From the IMG/VR virus record IMGVR_UViG_3300032327_000191: 64,000 nucleotides of DNA; one strand, 5' to 3'. The notes below the pieces were generated by a model. That model ran no database searches. It saw only the letters and a list, made by a program, of their open reading frames with translations, and was not told the DNA's origin. Within the stretch, counting starts at the first letter, position 1, and each line of letters opens with the position of its first letter. The position numbers and the translations under genes were made by a program. Below are positions 35,732-46,969 of this stretch, in pieces. This DNA is from an uncultured virus (IMG/VR IMGVR_UViG_3300032327_000191). Lineage: Duplodnaviria; Heunggongvirae; Uroviricota; Caudoviricetes.

Positions 35732-36761
35732 TCTTGGAAATCCTTTCCTCGTAGTTCTTCAGCGCAGAACGCCCAGCGATGTTGTTCTCGAACGTCCTGC
35801 CGTCCGAAGCATACAACACGTCTGTGACCTCTTGGGTAGGCGTGTCTTTCTCGTACTCAATGCCAAGTCGGTCGAAGGCGTTTCGCATGTTGGTCTTGAA
35901 CATGTGTAGATACCACGTGTGAACCTGTGAGGCTTTCTTGTCGGCATCCCGGAAGTTTCTCTCGTCTTCAAAGAACATCCGCATGATTTCCATCTCGATT
36001 TGCGGGGTGATTCCGTACTGCTTCCGCCATCGGGATAGCGCACCACGGATGTCCTTAGTGTTTACCAATGCGGGGGTCATGGGGTAGTGCATCGATAGCC
36101 GGTAGGAAAACTCCGCAGCAACATCTCCGGGGGTCCACTCGTCTTCTGGACGCTTCCAGCGCGTACGGATATCCCGCTTGTCAATCTTGGCTTGGGGCTG
36201 TTTCCGGAGAGCCTCATCTTCAAAAAGCCCTACTCCGCCAATCTCGTCATCTCCCGCAGTGTCTTCACCACGAGGTCTCCACTTCTCCACAATGACCTCC
36301 TTCGTGGGGACGGACGCGTCCCCAATTAAATACGAAGTATTTAATTTGGTAGTTTTACTACTATTACTATTACTACTAGCTGTTGACCACACAGAATTGT
36401 GTGATGGTGTACCCGCAATTTCCACCAAAATGTGTGATGGTTGAGCGGGCAAATCCTCGGAATTGTGTGATGGTAAAACCCCTGTTTCCACAGAATTGTG
36501 TGATGGTGAAACTAGGTGGTAAATGTTCCGAGACCACTTACCCAGATTTCGTTTCGTTCTCTGGGTCTCCAATAATCCGGCGTTCTCCAGCCCCCTGAAT
36601 GAGCGTCGCAAAGTTTCTGCGCTGTACCCAGTCAGGATGGTCAACTCATCTTTGGACACGTCAACCAGCCCCTCAGGGCTTGCCAGATGGTACATCGCAA
36701 TGATGGTTTTGAACTCCGAAGAAGTTAAGTTGGAGTCAAATATCTCTGGTGGTAAATTCAT
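35724..36761 (-). CDS. wHTH replication initiator containing iterons
   Basis: N-terminal wHTH (TLRRSFRGLE..GLL...N.Y.L); four PSHN repeats; adjacent to loader and DnaB. Confidence 0.8.
   Translation of the reverse strand: MNLPPEIFDSNLTSSEFKTIIAMYHLASPEGLVDVSKDELTILTGYSAETLRRSFRGLENAGLLETQRTKRNLGKWSRNIYHLVSPSHNSVETGVLPSHNSEDLPAQPSHILVEIAGTPSHNSVWSTASSNSNSSKTTKLNTSYLIGDASVPTKEVIVEKWRPRGEDTAGDDEIGGVGLFEDEALRKQPQAKIDKRDIRTRWKRPEDEWTPGDVAAEFSYRLSMHYPMTPALVNTKDIRGALSRWRKQYGITPQIEMEIMRMFFEDERNFRDADKKASQVHTWYLHMFKTNMRNAFDRLGIEYEKDTPTQEVTDVLYASDGRTFENNIAGRSALKNYEERISKNA
36306..36507. repeat. Probable replication origin: four ~21-bp iterons at 33-bp period, AT-rich tract and two hairpins
   Basis: TGTGTGATGGT core ends at 36408, 36441, 36474 and 36507. 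Confidence 0.8.
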
Positions 36762-36797
36762 GTTTCCCTCTGTTCGTAGGGAATCGAATATATCACC

Positions 36798-37070
36798 TTA
36801 TCGGCGCGTAGTGAGTTGTTGAATCGTCATTGGGCGCGTCATGTAGTACATAATTAGCAGGTTAAAGAACGCAGAAGCAAGACCTGCAACAAGAATGTCC
36901 CAATCTTGAGCACCAAGAAGCCAAGAGAAAAGTGCCCCAAATGGTGCTAAGACTATTTGCTTAGTCAATCTTTCATCAAGCACTGTGAAGCGTTCGATAA
37001 AAAAAGAAATAAGTTCGGCACAGAATCCTGATGCCATGCCCGAAATGATTACAACGATTAATAGTTCCAT
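36798..37070 (-). CDS. Three-TM membrane protein, possible holin
   Basis: Three hydrophobic segments; basic C-terminus; lies at the end of the structural operon. Confidence 0.55.
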   Translation of the reverse strand: MELLIVVIISGMASGFCAELISFFIERFTVLDERLTKQIVLAPFGALFSWLLGAQDWDILVAGLASAFFNLLIMYYMTRPMTIQQLTTRR

Positions 37071-37079
37071 AGTTGTATT

Positions 37080-39269
37080 CTATGGCGCAAATCCCTTAAC
37101 TTCACCCATATTTCCACTAACAATTCCAGAGTCTGTTATGACCCGGTAGGGCGTTCCTGTAACAAGATACGACGGCATGTCGGTGGCGAGACGGGATACT
37201 ACAGTGCTTTTGTTTGGGAAAACATACGTTGCCGAAGCATTGGCAGTCCCACTCCACTCTCCACCGTTAATTGACATGGAGCCATCAAAGTAATCCGTGG
37301 GGGAGTAAGCTCGCTCCAGTTGAGCAGCGTCAAACCGAACTACTCCCGAGTCAACTCCCAAAAGAGTAAGAGTCAGGGTTGGCGCAACATATGCGGATTC
37401 TACGAATAAGTTGACGTAATATCGGTTCCAACTATTTGTTATAGCAATCGGTTTAGTTACATTTTTAGAAAGAGAACCAGAACTTGCAGCAAACGTAATC
37501 GTTGCATTCAGGGTCCCGGACGTTGCCTTCTTTGCGTAAAAAGAGTACGTGTAGTAATCGCCGTACTTTGGAGTCGGGACTAGTAGTGGAGGAGCACCAA
37601 CAACTACGGAAGGAATTGCAAGTTCACCTGTACCGCTGGTGACTACCGCTTCAATCTTTTGAGTACTAGAAATAGTTGCAGAAAGGCTTTTTGTTCCCGA
37701 AACTACGTCTGGGGAACTATCTGTGACTATAGAAGAACCAGAGTCGGTAATAGTCCAGTTAGATTTGTCTACTTCAAATGACGGGTTGACAATGTAGTTT
37801 ATTTTTGTAGGAGACAAATGAACATTTGCCGTACGAGCTTCTTCATAAGCTGCTGCACTTCCGACAGCAAACTGCATCATGTCTAAGTAGTAAGTTTGAC
37901 CAGATGAGTTGAACTTTAGCTCTGTGCTTGCGTAAACCGACCCAGCCGGAGCCGTTGCAGTAAGAGTTTTCTTTGCCCAACTAGATGACGTTGTCCACGC
38001 GGTTGTAGTCGATGCAGAGATATATGTTCCAGAAACATCGTACCAACGAATTGTTGGGGTAATAGTTCCTGCTCCTGTGTTCTGTACATAAGCAGAAAAA
38101 GTGTATGAAGAACCTGCGGTAACCGGGATTCCTTGAGTGATAGGTGAGGAACTACCGTTGACAATCTGCGCGTTTGCAGCAGAAGTAACTACCTTGCCCG
38201 AGTAAACAAGGTTAATTGCTTTATCTAAGTCGGGAGTAAACGTTGCTTTAGCTGGTGGAGTATTAACCTTTTCAACAGTGAGAGTGCAACCACCAACTAC
38301 TTTCCAGTTACCAATGCCCTTGTAAAAAGAGCTGTCTTGAGCGGAGAGCATTAGGTTAGGAGAGGGAATCACGACAGCATTAAACCCCGTCATTGACTCA
38401 GCCAAAGTCTCTAAAGCAAGAGCAGTACCTTTACGAGAAGTTATGTACTGAGCTTCTCTAACCAATTTCTGTTGAATTTTTTGGGACCGCTGATTGTCGG
38501 CAGTGATTCCAAGCTCAAATGATTTTGCACGAAGTAAATCGGCTGAGTAGTTTGTAGCGTCTCGCGTAGGCAAGAGCAGGTCAGCAAATGTAAATATTTC
38601 ATCGATGGTATAAGTAAACCCTTTGAGGAATCTAGACAAGTCCGAGGTTTCATCAACAATATCTAACGGGGATTCATTTGCCGTTGTGTACACTCTTGGG
38701 AGAAGTTCTAGGAATTTTTGGTGCGTAGTCTGGGTGCGCGTCGTGGCATTGTTAATTAGGTTTGTTCGTAAAAATTCTATCTCTGCTGCCGACAACCCTG
38801 CCGGTGAAACTGAGTCGTCAGTATTGCTAAGTAACGTGTCGTGAGACTTTGCAAGTACCGTGCTAGTGTCTGCAATCTTGTCCCAAAAAGTATTGCCACC
38901 TGTAACTTTGAGGAGCCAAATAGAGTAGTAAACAAACTTACCCGGCTTGAGTGCTGGAAACAAATTTCCATCAGCGTCTTTAAGGGTTCCGTCTGTTCTT
39001 TCTTGGTATCCAGAAGCTGAAAAAGGGCTACTCAAATCAACAATGATAATTCCGTCTTCTTGAGTTTCAGATGGGTAATCTTGATTACGGACTATCCGAA
39101 GTCGGCTATAGGTGTACCCAGAGATAGTTCCGGGCATAATCCATGACACACGAATTTTGTCGTAGTCAATAGCTGCTGCTACAAAAGGGGTTGCCTCATA
39201 AAGAGACGCGGATGTATCGCCATACTTGACGGTTGCATCGCCGTACTTAAAGGTATTATACCGAGCCAT
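37080..39269 (-). CDS. Baseplate wedge/tail protein (P2 gpI-like) with carbohydrate-binding-like domains
   Basis: LLP.VY...L.RFL...KGT..ALE; NPSFE and YT.S.Y CBM-like motifs. Confidence 0.75.
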   Translation of the reverse strand: MARYNTFKYGDATVKYGDTSASLYEATPFVAAAIDYDKIRVSWIMPGTISGYTYSRLRIVRNQDYPSETQEDGIIIVDLSSPFSASGYQERTDGTLKDADGNLFPALKPGKFVYYSIWLLKVTGGNTFWDKIADTSTVLAKSHDTLLSNTDDSVSPAGLSAAEIEFLRTNLINNATTRTQTTHQKFLELLPRVYTTANESPLDIVDETSDLSRFLKGFTYTIDEIFTFADLLLPTRDATNYSADLLRAKSFELGITADNQRSQKIQQKLVREAQYITSRKGTALALETLAESMTGFNAVVIPSPNLMLSAQDSSFYKGIGNWKVVGGCTLTVEKVNTPPAKATFTPDLDKAINLVYSGKVVTSAANAQIVNGSSSPITQGIPVTAGSSYTFSAYVQNTGAGTITPTIRWYDVSGTYISASTTTAWTTSSSWAKKTLTATAPAGSVYASTELKFNSSGQTYYLDMMQFAVGSAAAYEEARTANVHLSPTKINYIVNPSFEVDKSNWTITDSGSSIVTDSSPDVVSGTKSLSATISSTQKIEAVVTSGTGELAIPSVVVGAPPLLVPTPKYGDYYTYSFYAKKATSGTLNATITFAASSGSLSKNVTKPIAITNSWNRYYVNLFVESAYVAPTLTLTLLGVDSGVVRFDAAQLERAYSPTDYFDGSMSINGGEWSGTANASATYVFPNKSTVVSRLATDMPSYLVTGTPYRVITDSGIVSGNMGEVKGFAP

Positions 39270-39283
39270 AGGTGGCTACTCCG

Positions 39284-39724
39284 TTACGCTGTTCCGCCGT
39301 CAATGATTGGGGTAAAGAATGTTCCGTCGTTTTTAAAGTAACTAACAGCAGTGGTAGACCCATCTACTTGAAACTCAAGTAAGTTAACCGACTGTGATGC
39401 GGCACCCTTGATGATAAGACCCTTGGTACCACTTGTCGCTGGAAGAATCGTTGTTCCACCATTTTTATTAACAAGGGAGGTCTGTGAGTAGTACGCCCCA
39501 TTTTCTACGTTATCCAAGCGCGATTTGACGTCTGTAAACGTAAGGCTAGAAACAACCATTGGAGTTGTAGCCCAAGAGCCAGAACGGTCTGAAGCATTTG
39601 CTCCAAGCTCAGTTTGAGTTGCCGTAATTTCTTGATAACCAACGTTTACATGGACAGCTTGAACCGTGTTTACGCCATCTTGTACAGAAGTAAAATTGGC
39701 AAGATTATCGGGGTACGTAGCCAT
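39284..39724 (-). CDS. Tail/fiber-associated structural protein
   Basis: GGAGG RBS; YP..L..F....A.HVN...EI.A.Q..LG. Confidence 0.7.
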   Translation of the reverse strand: MATYPDNLANFTSVQDGVNTVQAVHVNVGYQEITATQTELGANASDRSGSWATTPMVVSSLTFTDVKSRLDNVENGAYYSQTSLVNKNGGTTILPATSGTKGLIIKGAASQSVNLLEFQVDGSTTAVSYFKNDGTFFTPIIDGGTA

Positions 39725-39730
39725 ACCAAC

Positions 39731-39765
39731 CTCCTAAAGTCTTACCTCTATTTTGACTGATTATT
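39731..39765 (-). promoter_or_regulatory. Candidate late promoter/leader motif, copy A
   Basis: 29 of 33 nt identical to 61186-61217. Confidence 0.55.
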
Positions 39766-40548
39766 CTCAGACATATAGGGCAAAGGGAACTTGGCTTCCA
39801 GACGGTCTTTGTACTCCGCAGAGATACCGGCTACCAGTTCTTGGATACGGTCGTTCTTCTGGCGTTGAGCCGTGTGACTACCGATGTGCTGTTTGTAGAT
39901 GACCTTGGGAATATGCATAAACTCCGTAACTAACGACGTTCGGACCACCAGCTCGTAGTCATCAGCAATTTCTAGCTTAGGGTTGTGACCGCCAAGTTCG
40001 TGGTAAACAGAAGCCCGCCAAGCGCGTACGTGATTAGGAGCAGAAACAATGTGCCCCAGAGTGATGGCGTTGATTTCTGTGACTCGTGAACCCCATACTT
40101 CGAGTTCATCATCCCAGTAGTGTTCTCCGTATCCAAATGCCCATCCGTCAGGGTACTTTCCAGACTGACCATCGGAGAGAATCTCTACCCAATCAGAGTA
40201 GACAAAGCCAACGCTTTCATTTTCAAACGCCTCGGCAATCAACTCAAGTGCATCCGGGGTTAGCTCGTCATCGTGGTCAAGCTCTACTAAGATGTCGCCT
40301 TCGGCAACCATGAACCCACGACGTTTTACCTCTCCAATAGAGCCAGAGTGAGTGTGTGTACGGTGTGTAATGAGGCGGAATCGTTCGTCCGAGGCAAAGC
40401 CGTATAGCTGTGCCCACGTTTCGGGCTTAGTGGAGTCATCCCAAACAACCCACTCCCAATCAGTGTAGGTCTGCGCTTTGAGAGACGCCCATGTTCGGGC
40501 AAGCACATCTAGTGGGGTATTGTAAGCCGGTGTAATTACTGAAATCAT
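39748..40548 (-). CDS. Family 2 glycosyltransferase
   Basis: ISVITPAYN; WDD.S; LDHDD; DDYEL. Confidence 0.93.
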   Translation of the reverse strand: MISVITPAYNTPLDVLARTWASLKAQTYTDWEWVVWDDSTKPETWAQLYGFASDERFRLITHRTHTHSGSIGEVKRRGFMVAEGDILVELDHDDELTPDALELIAEAFENESVGFVYSDWVEILSDGQSGKYPDGWAFGYGEHYWDDELEVWGSRVTEINAITLGHIVSAPNHVRAWRASVYHELGGHNPKLEIADDYELVVRTSLVTEFMHIPKVIYKQHIGSHTAQRQKNDRIQELVAGISAEYKDRLEAKFPLPYMSENNQSK

Positions 40549-40557
40549 GCAGTAAGT

Positions 40558-40794
40558 CTATAGACCAAGGACCGCTTTGGCTTCCTCTTCTGTAAGCCCA
40601 AGTTTTGCAAGCTTTGCTAGCGCAGATTGTTTTGCTAGTTCCCGAGAGTTTTCCTCTGCCTTTAGTCTCTCCGCTTCAGAGTTCAGGCGGTCCATCTCAA
40701 CCCGCATCTCCTCGGGGATAGGACTACGGTAAACAGGGCATGCCGAATCCTCTGGGGTAATGTCCTCAAGTGTTTCATTAAGCCTTGTATCCAT
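40558..40794 (-). CDS. Small fiber-associated protein (SA.AKL..LGLT.EE)
   Basis: C-terminal motif often seen next to fiber genes; start uncertain. Confidence 0.6.
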   Translation of the reverse strand: MDTRLNETLEDITPEDSACPVYRSPIPEEMRVEMDRLNSEAERLKAEENSRELAKQSALAKLAKLGLTEEEAKAVLGL

Positions 40795-43177
40795 AAACCG
40801 TAATGGTCCCTCCAATAGTTCCAGCAGAAATAAAGAATGTTATGCCGTTGTACGACGTGGTGTTTCGTACACGACCAAGTGTTGTCCATCCACGAAATAC
40901 AGAGGTCAACTCCGCAAGTCCAAGTCCTGAGATACCTGTCACCAGTGTCTGAGCTGGGTTAAACACGTCCAAAGTCATGTAGTTACCGTTTGAGTAGTTG
41001 TTAGCAAGGGTAAGGGAAGTTAGCGCCGAGCCGTTGTTTACCACTGCGGTACTTGAGTTAGCTGTGCCAACAATCGACGCCGTGTCATAAAGTGCCCCCG
41101 AGAAATCAGTTGTGTTGGAACGAATACGCAACGACAACGTGGAGTCGTTAGCGTTACCAACTGTGTTCCTGTAAACAATTCGATATGCAGTGTACGAAGT
41201 TGAGAATACGGTGTTTAAACTGATTGAAGTGGCGGCAGCGTATGTCACGGTTCCGGTAGTCGCGTCTACAGACGCAGAGCTACCCGCTCCAACGACAGTT
41301 ACGCTAGCGGGTATTACAGGAATTAAACCCGAACCAGTAGTTGCTCCTGTACCACCCTGCGCAATGGGTAAAGTGGTTGTCCATTGCGTGTTGTAATTGG
41401 TGGCATCAATTTTGGTAAGAAAGTCCCCAGCAGCACCACCGGTAGGAACACCGGCTCCTTGAGGACCTTGAGCACCTTGCGAGCCGTTAGTTCCATTAGT
41501 ACCGTTGGTTCCAGCAGCACCCTGCGGACCTTGAGAGCCTTGAGGACCAGCAACTGTTGATGCCGCACCTTGCGGACCTTGTGGTCCCTGAGTTCCCTGT
41601 GTACCTTGCGGTCCTTGAGCACCTTGCGGTCCAAGTTGGGTGTACATAACCTGTGTAGCAGTAAATATTACTCCGGGAGAACGAGGCGTTGTCGGCGTTG
41701 TTCCAGCAGGGATAGTCTCGATGTAACAGGCTGTGCTTTCTGTTTGCCATACAAGCTCAATGTAGTCACCAGCGGAAAGAGTCAAAACAAAATTGACTGC
41801 CCCAATTGACTGCCCGTGAATGCCACCGTGAGAGTTAGGAATAGTCCATTGGGAAGCGGAGTCGTCAATAAGACTTCCGTTTTTATTTAGCCATACATTT
41901 ACGTTGTGGATAGATGTATTGGTGTTTGTAAACTGAATGGAGTATTGCAGGTTGTATGTTCCTGCGTAGGCAAAGACTATTTTAGAAGTTGGAGAGCCAA
42001 TGGTTACTCCGTTGGACTCATCAGAAGAGTTAAACGTAATTGGGTACGCAACAGTTGTGCTCGATGCAACTTGATTGGTTGTATCATGAAAAGTGCCGTA
42101 GTGACCAAGAGCACCCCCAGCACCTGTGGAACCAGTAGCTCCCTGAGGACCTTGAGTACCTTGCGGTCCAGTGGAGCCTTGCGGACCGGTAGGTCCCTGA
42201 CTTCCGGTTGTTCCTTGGGGTCCTTGTGTTCCTTGTGACCCTGTCGAGCCCTGAGGTCCAGTCGGACCTTGCGTACCCTGCACACCTTGAGAACCTTGGC
42301 TTCCAGTAGCTCCTTGTGCACCAGTATTTCCTTGAGTACCCTGAGGTCCTTGCGTTCCTTGCGGACCCTGTGCCCCCTGCACACCCTGCGGACCCGTTGG
42401 TCCCTGAGTTCCTTGAGGACCCTGACTTCCAGTTGCCCCCTGAGCACCCGTTGACCCCTGAGGTCCCGTAGAACCTTGAGGTCCAGCTACAGTTGATGCA
42501 GCACCTTGAGGTCCCTGTGGTCCTGTTGAACCCTGCGTACCTTGAGGTCCCGTGGTTCCTTGAGAACCGGTAGCGCCTTGAGAGCCAGTTGGACCCTGAG
42601 TTCCCTGAGGACCTGTTGAGCCTTGTGGTCCCTGTGAACCCTGCGCTCCTTGAGTTCCCTGCGGTCCCTGTACGCCCTGTGTTCCTTGCGGTCCCTGTGA
42701 GCCAGACCCAGTTGCTCCTTGCGCACCTTGGGGTCCTTGGGCACCCTGCACACCCTGCGGACCTTGGCTTCCTTGAGGTCCTTGAGACCCGCCACCAGAG
42801 CCGACTCCGGGAACCCACGTTTGGTCAGAAGCTCGATACACAATGGTTTGACCGTTAGAGACTCCGGAAGTATCTACGTCAGTAAGGTCATTCAATGCCA
42901 GATTGAGGTTGGTGTCGTCTTCACCAAACTCGCCTACGACAACGGGGAAAGAAGGGTCCCCACCCTCAAACTGCACCCACACCCCTTGACCCGTTTTAAA
43001 GGGGTCTACATGAACACCGTGAGCATCTTGAATAGAAGCCCACTCAGTCATCGCATCAAAAAGTACCTGCGGAACCATTAAGCGGACACGTCCCTTACCG
43101 AGGGGGTCAGCGTTATCCTGAACCACACCTCGGTAGATTCCAAAGAATCTGCGGTTACCGTAGGAGTCGATAATCAT
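40778..43177 (-). CDS. Gp5/VgrG OB-fold spike fused to collagen-like repeats and beta-rich domains
   Basis: G.YRG.V..N.DP...GR.R..VP...V.V.FEGGD..FP; about 74 plus about 20 G-X-Y triplets. Confidence 0.85.
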   Translation of the reverse strand: MIIDSYGNRRFFGIYRGVVQDNADPLGKGRVRLMVPQVLFDAMTEWASIQDAHGVHVDPFKTGQGVWVQFEGGDPSFPVVVGEFGEDDTNLNLALNDLTDVDTSGVSNGQTIVYRASDQTWVPGVGSGGGSQGPQGSQGPQGVQGAQGPQGAQGATGSGSQGPQGTQGVQGPQGTQGAQGSQGPQGSTGPQGTQGPTGSQGATGSQGTTGPQGTQGSTGPQGPQGAASTVAGPQGSTGPQGSTGAQGATGSQGPQGTQGPTGPQGVQGAQGPQGTQGPQGTQGNTGAQGATGSQGSQGVQGTQGPTGPQGSTGSQGTQGPQGTTGSQGPTGPQGSTGPQGTQGPQGATGSTGAGGALGHYGTFHDTTNQVASSTTVAYPITFNSSDESNGVTIGSPTSKIVFAYAGTYNLQYSIQFTNTNTSIHNVNVWLNKNGSLIDDSASQWTIPNSHGGIHGQSIGAVNFVLTLSAGDYIELVWQTESTACYIETIPAGTTPTTPRSPGVIFTATQVMYTQLGPQGAQGPQGTQGTQGPQGPQGAASTVAGPQGSQGPQGAAGTNGTNGTNGSQGAQGPQGAGVPTGGAAGDFLTKIDATNYNTQWTTTLPIAQGGTGATTGSGLIPVIPASVTVVGAGSSASVDATTGTVTYAAATSISLNTVFSTSYTAYRIVYRNTVGNANDSTLSLRIRSNTTDFSGALYDTASIVGTANSSTAVVNNGSALTSLTLANNYSNGNYMTLDVFNPAQTLVTGISGLGLAELTSVFRGWTTLGRVRNTTSYNGITFFISAGTIGGTITVYGYKA
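42121..42790 (-). repeat. 9-bp-period collagen-coding repeat (G-[PSTAV]-[QT])
   Basis: Direct translation. Confidence 0.9.
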
Positions 43178-45240
43178 TATGCGGACTTGTAAACAGCTAC
43201 CGTGTATGTCTGGAGGGTGCGACCATCCGCAGCAGTGACCACAATAGGTACGTTAACCGTGGTTCCAACACTGCTGTTGGTAATTGTTTGAGGACTTGTT
43301 CCACCATTTACGGTAACGGTTGCTCCAGCAGCGTTTGCTACGGCTGTAATTGCTGTAGATGTAGCAGAGCCAATATCTAACAAGTAGTTGAGCGTGGTTG
43401 AGCTAAAGCTTGGGCTAAGCGTTCCAACACTATTTGTGAGTGACGATAGCGTCGCATCCGTGCTGCGCTGTGTAGGCGTTACGTTGTCAGTATTGAGCAC
43501 AAAGATTTCACTTGCGGTACCAACTAGTGTACCGAGAGCACCCGTAGGAGCGGAACTGCGTCGAAGTTCAGTCACCCATACGTTAAGGATTCCGGGAACA
43601 TACCGAAGGATAAACTCAATTTCTTCAGGGTGAATAATCTGTGCAAAAGTATTTGTAGCGTAGCCGTAATACGTTTTAATGTATTCCTTTATGGAGGACT
43701 GAATCTGTGCGTCAGTTACTTCCGGTTGTTTGCTGTACTCAACTTTTAAGATGACGTTGGTGTACGTAGGTGGAGAAACAGTAAGTGAAGTTCCAATAAG
43801 AAGTTTTGGCTTCAAGGCATCCTGCACGGCTTTTTGAAGTGTGGTCCATGTATCAAGTACGGCTGTGTTGCTAGAGTTCTTACCGGGGTAAAAGTCCGAA
43901 GAGTCTGTACTAGACGGAGCAAGGTAAACCGTTACGGAAGACCAGACGTCAGCCACAGCCTTTGCCTTACCCGCACCATTGACCTGAAGGGTTAGACCTT
44001 CGTAGTCAGTAAGACTAACGGCACGATTAAGAGCACTGAAGGCTCGGGGAGCATTCACGCGGATTGCATCAATACCTTCTGGGTCAAGACCGCCCGTTGC
44101 TCGCTCAGGGTTGGTTACCGTAATCCCCGAAGGAGTAGAACCAACAAACGTGTTGACGGAAGATGCGGGTACGTTACCCACGTTTCCCCCGCCATAGACG
44201 TACTGCGCCTTGATGCTTGAGTGGTTATTTGGGATTGCTCCAGATACACCGTCGCCAAACTGAACAAATATAGAATTGTTACTTCCTCGAATAATTTTAA
44301 ATACCGAGTCGGTTGGACCGTAGTCAGCCAAGTGGATTACTTCGGTCCATTCACCGTAAGTTGTGCTTGCACCTGTTCCAGTAACTACAAAGACTCGAAC
44401 CGTGTTGTCAACAACCCGAGACTCTTTAAGCTGAAAAATCTGACCAGCAGTGCCGTCCGATGCTCCCAGTTTTTCACCCGAGATATCTGGAGACGAGGCA
44501 ACGTTTGCCGTTCTAGTAGAGACGTTTTCTCCGTGAGTTGCTACTACTGAAATAGTCTTGGCAGCGTACGTTGCAGTTCCTGTAGATGTGCTTCCAGTCA
44601 AAGAACTTTGGATAATAAAAGTGTCTGTAGTAACCCCGTAAATAACCGCGTTAGTTACGTTGTAGTTAGTTGACCCCGTAACAGTTACGTAGTTACCAGC
44701 AGTAAACCCATGACCAGTCGAGGTGTATGTAACAAACCCTCCAGAACTAGAAATTGATGCAATTGACTTTGTAATTGGGGAAAAATCAGCAGTTGAGCTG
44801 GTAGTGAAGATTACTTGCTCTACAACGTCGTTTGTCGTAATTGTGGCGCGAAGTTTTGTTCCCGCAGGAACAGAGGCAGAACCAATGGCGGCAGAAGCAA
44901 ACGTAAGAGAACAAGAGGCTTGCTTATATCCGGAAGGAATGTACCCGTAGCTATACGCGAGGTTCAGAATACTGTCTCGTTGAGAAGCGGTGAGCAGGGT
45001 ACCCTCATTAGCAACGCGGTCAACATAGTAGCTGGTGATGTCACCCATATATGAGAATGCTTCAATAAGAGCAAGCCCAAAGTCTGAAGGGTCATTGCCA
45101 TACCACGCGTTTCCAGACCCGGTGTTGACGCGGTCCTTGACGCGCTGAATAAGCTGGTCTCGCAAAGAGTAGAAGTCCCGGTTGGTGTAATCCACCATAA
45201 TGGGGGTTTGAAGAATAGGTGCGGGGTTAGGGTCGGTCAT
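43177..45240 (-). CDS. Baseplate J / wedge protein
   Basis: DYT.RD..S; D.G..L.E.F.Y; FGDG..G.IP; GG.D.E; RAV...DYE. Confidence 0.92.
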   Translation of the reverse strand: MTDPNPAPILQTPIMVDYTNRDFYSLRDQLIQRVKDRVNTGSGNAWYGNDPSDFGLALIEAFSYMGDITSYYVDRVANEGTLLTASQRDSILNLAYSYGYIPSGYKQASCSLTFASAAIGSASVPAGTKLRATITTNDVVEQVIFTTSSTADFSPITKSIASISSSGGFVTYTSTGHGFTAGNYVTVTGSTNYNVTNAVIYGVTTDTFIIQSSLTGSTSTGTATYAAKTISVVATHGENVSTRTANVASSPDISGEKLGASDGTAGQIFQLKESRVVDNTVRVFVVTGTGASTTYGEWTEVIHLADYGPTDSVFKIIRGSNNSIFVQFGDGVSGAIPNNHSSIKAQYVYGGGNVGNVPASSVNTFVGSTPSGITVTNPERATGGLDPEGIDAIRVNAPRAFSALNRAVSLTDYEGLTLQVNGAGKAKAVADVWSSVTVYLAPSSTDSSDFYPGKNSSNTAVLDTWTTLQKAVQDALKPKLLIGTSLTVSPPTYTNVILKVEYSKQPEVTDAQIQSSIKEYIKTYYGYATNTFAQIIHPEEIEFILRYVPGILNVWVTELRRSSAPTGALGTLVGTASEIFVLNTDNVTPTQRSTDATLSSLTNSVGTLSPSFSSTTLNYLLDIGSATSTAITAVANAAGATVTVNGGTSPQTITNSSVGTTVNVPIVVTAADGRTLQTYTVAVYKSA

Positions 45241-45659
45241 CGTGGCTCCTCATACAATGGCAAGTTACCAGCGACAACTGCCAATCCAACGTTCGTAGTA
45301 ATTGTGTCCATGTTGGGAGTCGTGTATTCTACGTCTACCACAACAATGTTGTTTATTTCATCGTGCTCTACGGTTACTTGGTCTAAAACTAAAGTAGGAA
45401 AAAATGCTGTGAACATGTTTTCGACTTCAGTTAAGATAACTTCTTCCATGTTCGTAACGGTGTCCCACTCGTACTCGGCTATCTTTGTGCCAAAACGAGA
45501 GAACATCACCCGCTCACCAAAACGCGTGTTAAGCGCACCCTTTACACGGTCAGCCCAAACCTGAGCCTGACTTTTCGCAACCTTAATTCCACCTTGTGCA
45601 GTAATTCTGAAAGGCAAAGAAATAGCATTCTCAAAAGTCTTGAGTTGATTGTCGTACAC
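45237..45659 (-). CDS. gp25-like baseplate wedge protein
   Basis: T..GERVM...FGT. Confidence 0.88.
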   Translation of the reverse strand: MYDNQLKTFENAISLPFRITAQGGIKVAKSQAQVWADRVKGALNTRFGERVMFSRFGTKIAEYEWDTVTNMEEVILTEVENMFTAFFPTLVLDQVTVEHDEINNIVVVDVEYTTPNMDTITTNVGLAVVAGNLPLYEEPR

Positions 45660-46969
45660 TAGACCCCCCTAGTAACCCACAGAGCAGGGCTACGTTTAAA
45701 TCCTTGCTCGGAAGGAATTATGGAAGGTGACAACTGAGAAAGACCTGTGCTTGAATGCGTGTTCAAGGTGTTTACTCCGTTGCTCTGCTCAATAAGACTG
45801 TTTATATTTACAGTACTAATTGTAGGCGATTGTCGCCCTCTAAATGCCCCGACTTTGTTCACACCTGTTCCATCTGTGACAATGGTCATTGTCGCAATGT
45901 AGTCGTCATACTTCTTAAACGTGTGTACGATATCTTTGATGAGCCAGTACCCATCGGTTAACTCGCTTGTCCCCATTACATAAACAGGGGCGTGGGGTTC
46001 CATTCTTGGGTCCCCTTGAGCGTGAACCTTTGCGGGCATACTCAACCGAGCAAGATGAGACGCGCCTTCAGATACAAGGTCCGCGTCTGACATCATGGTG
46101 TTAACTTGGTCAGAGCGGTACTCGGAGAACAATACATCACTCAAATTAGTTCGTAAGTTATCCCCAACATTGGTAGGAGTATTGCTGCTAGAAAATGCCT
46201 CTGAGGTGTTTACATCCACACCACCAGCAACTTTCTCAGTGCGCATATTGTCACCAGACTCAATGTAATCTCCACGAAGAACTACAAACTTGTCAAGTGT
46301 TTTTTCAATAAAGTTGTTCTTGTAAAGAGAGGGTGTATCTCCGGCGTAAAGAACGGGAACCGTTGTAATTTTTGAATCAACATGCTTGTCAAGTTGACGG
46401 AAGTACAGATTAGAGCCGTCAACACGAAGCACAAACCCAATGCGCTTTGCCTGTTCTGCCAACCATTCCCAGTAAGAGTGACCAGCCATTGTAAGCTGAG
46501 GGAAACGACGGGGATTACTGTCCCCAACAAAGTTTAGGTTTAACTCTCTAGCAATAGTTGCAGCAGCTTCGGGAATCGTTGAGTTGGTAAAAACTCGATT
46601 AGCCCGCTCTTTTAACGGGAAGGAAGACCCAATACAGTGAACTTCCATCGTCTGTTCTTTTTGCTGAGACGCATTGGTCCGAGAAACAAACGACACATAG
46701 CCATACCAGTCTTTGGTAATACCCACCTGAGTCCATGAAAATTTAATTGGCAATCCAGTGGGGATGTCCTCAAACCAGTTGAAACCAGTGGTCATAAACG
46801 AGATGATTAGTACGTCATGCTGGTATTGCGACTGGTGCAGGTCAACTCGACGAGGTTCCCTAGTCAAAGATGGCATTGTTGGAAACGTAATGCGAAAAGT
46901 TGTACCCCTGCGGTTTTTCATCACAGGGTTATTAGAGTTACTTTCGTTGTACGTTTTACTAACGGACAT
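45659..46969 (-). CDS. Baseplate hub (gp27/late control D-like)
   Basis: S.WE.L..A.RIG; GDP...P; GYW.I..V.H. Confidence 0.8.
   Translation of the reverse strand: MSVSKTYNESNSNNPVMKNRRGTTFRITFPTMPSLTREPRRVDLHQSQYQHDVLIISFMTTGFNWFEDIPTGLPIKFSWTQVGITKDWYGYVSFVSRTNASQQKEQTMEVHCIGSSFPLKERANRVFTNSTIPEAAATIARELNLNFVGDSNPRRFPQLTMAGHSYWEWLAEQAKRIGFVLRVDGSNLYFRQLDKHVDSKITTVPVLYAGDTPSLYKNNFIEKTLDKFVVLRGDYIESGDNMRTEKVAGGVDVNTSEAFSSSNTPTNVGDNLRTNLSDVLFSEYRSDQVNTMMSDADLVSEGASHLARLSMPAKVHAQGDPRMEPHAPVYVMGTSELTDGYWLIKDIVHTFKKYDDYIATMTIVTDGTGVNKVGAFRGRQSPTISTVNINSLIEQSNGVNTLNTHSSTGLSQLSPSIIPSEQGFKRSPALWVTRGV

Noticed and set aside
36387..36507. 33-bp periodic repeats as a mini-CRISPR array
   Set aside because: Spacers only about 12 bp, in frame within a gene; iterons fit better
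40683..40889. ORF containing the TAATG-coupled ATG at 40778
   Set aside because: Product is implausible; the 40558 frame carries the recognisable motif, although its start remains uncertain
42004..42858. Several Arg-rich overlapping ORFs
   Set aside because: Alternative frames of the collagen repeat
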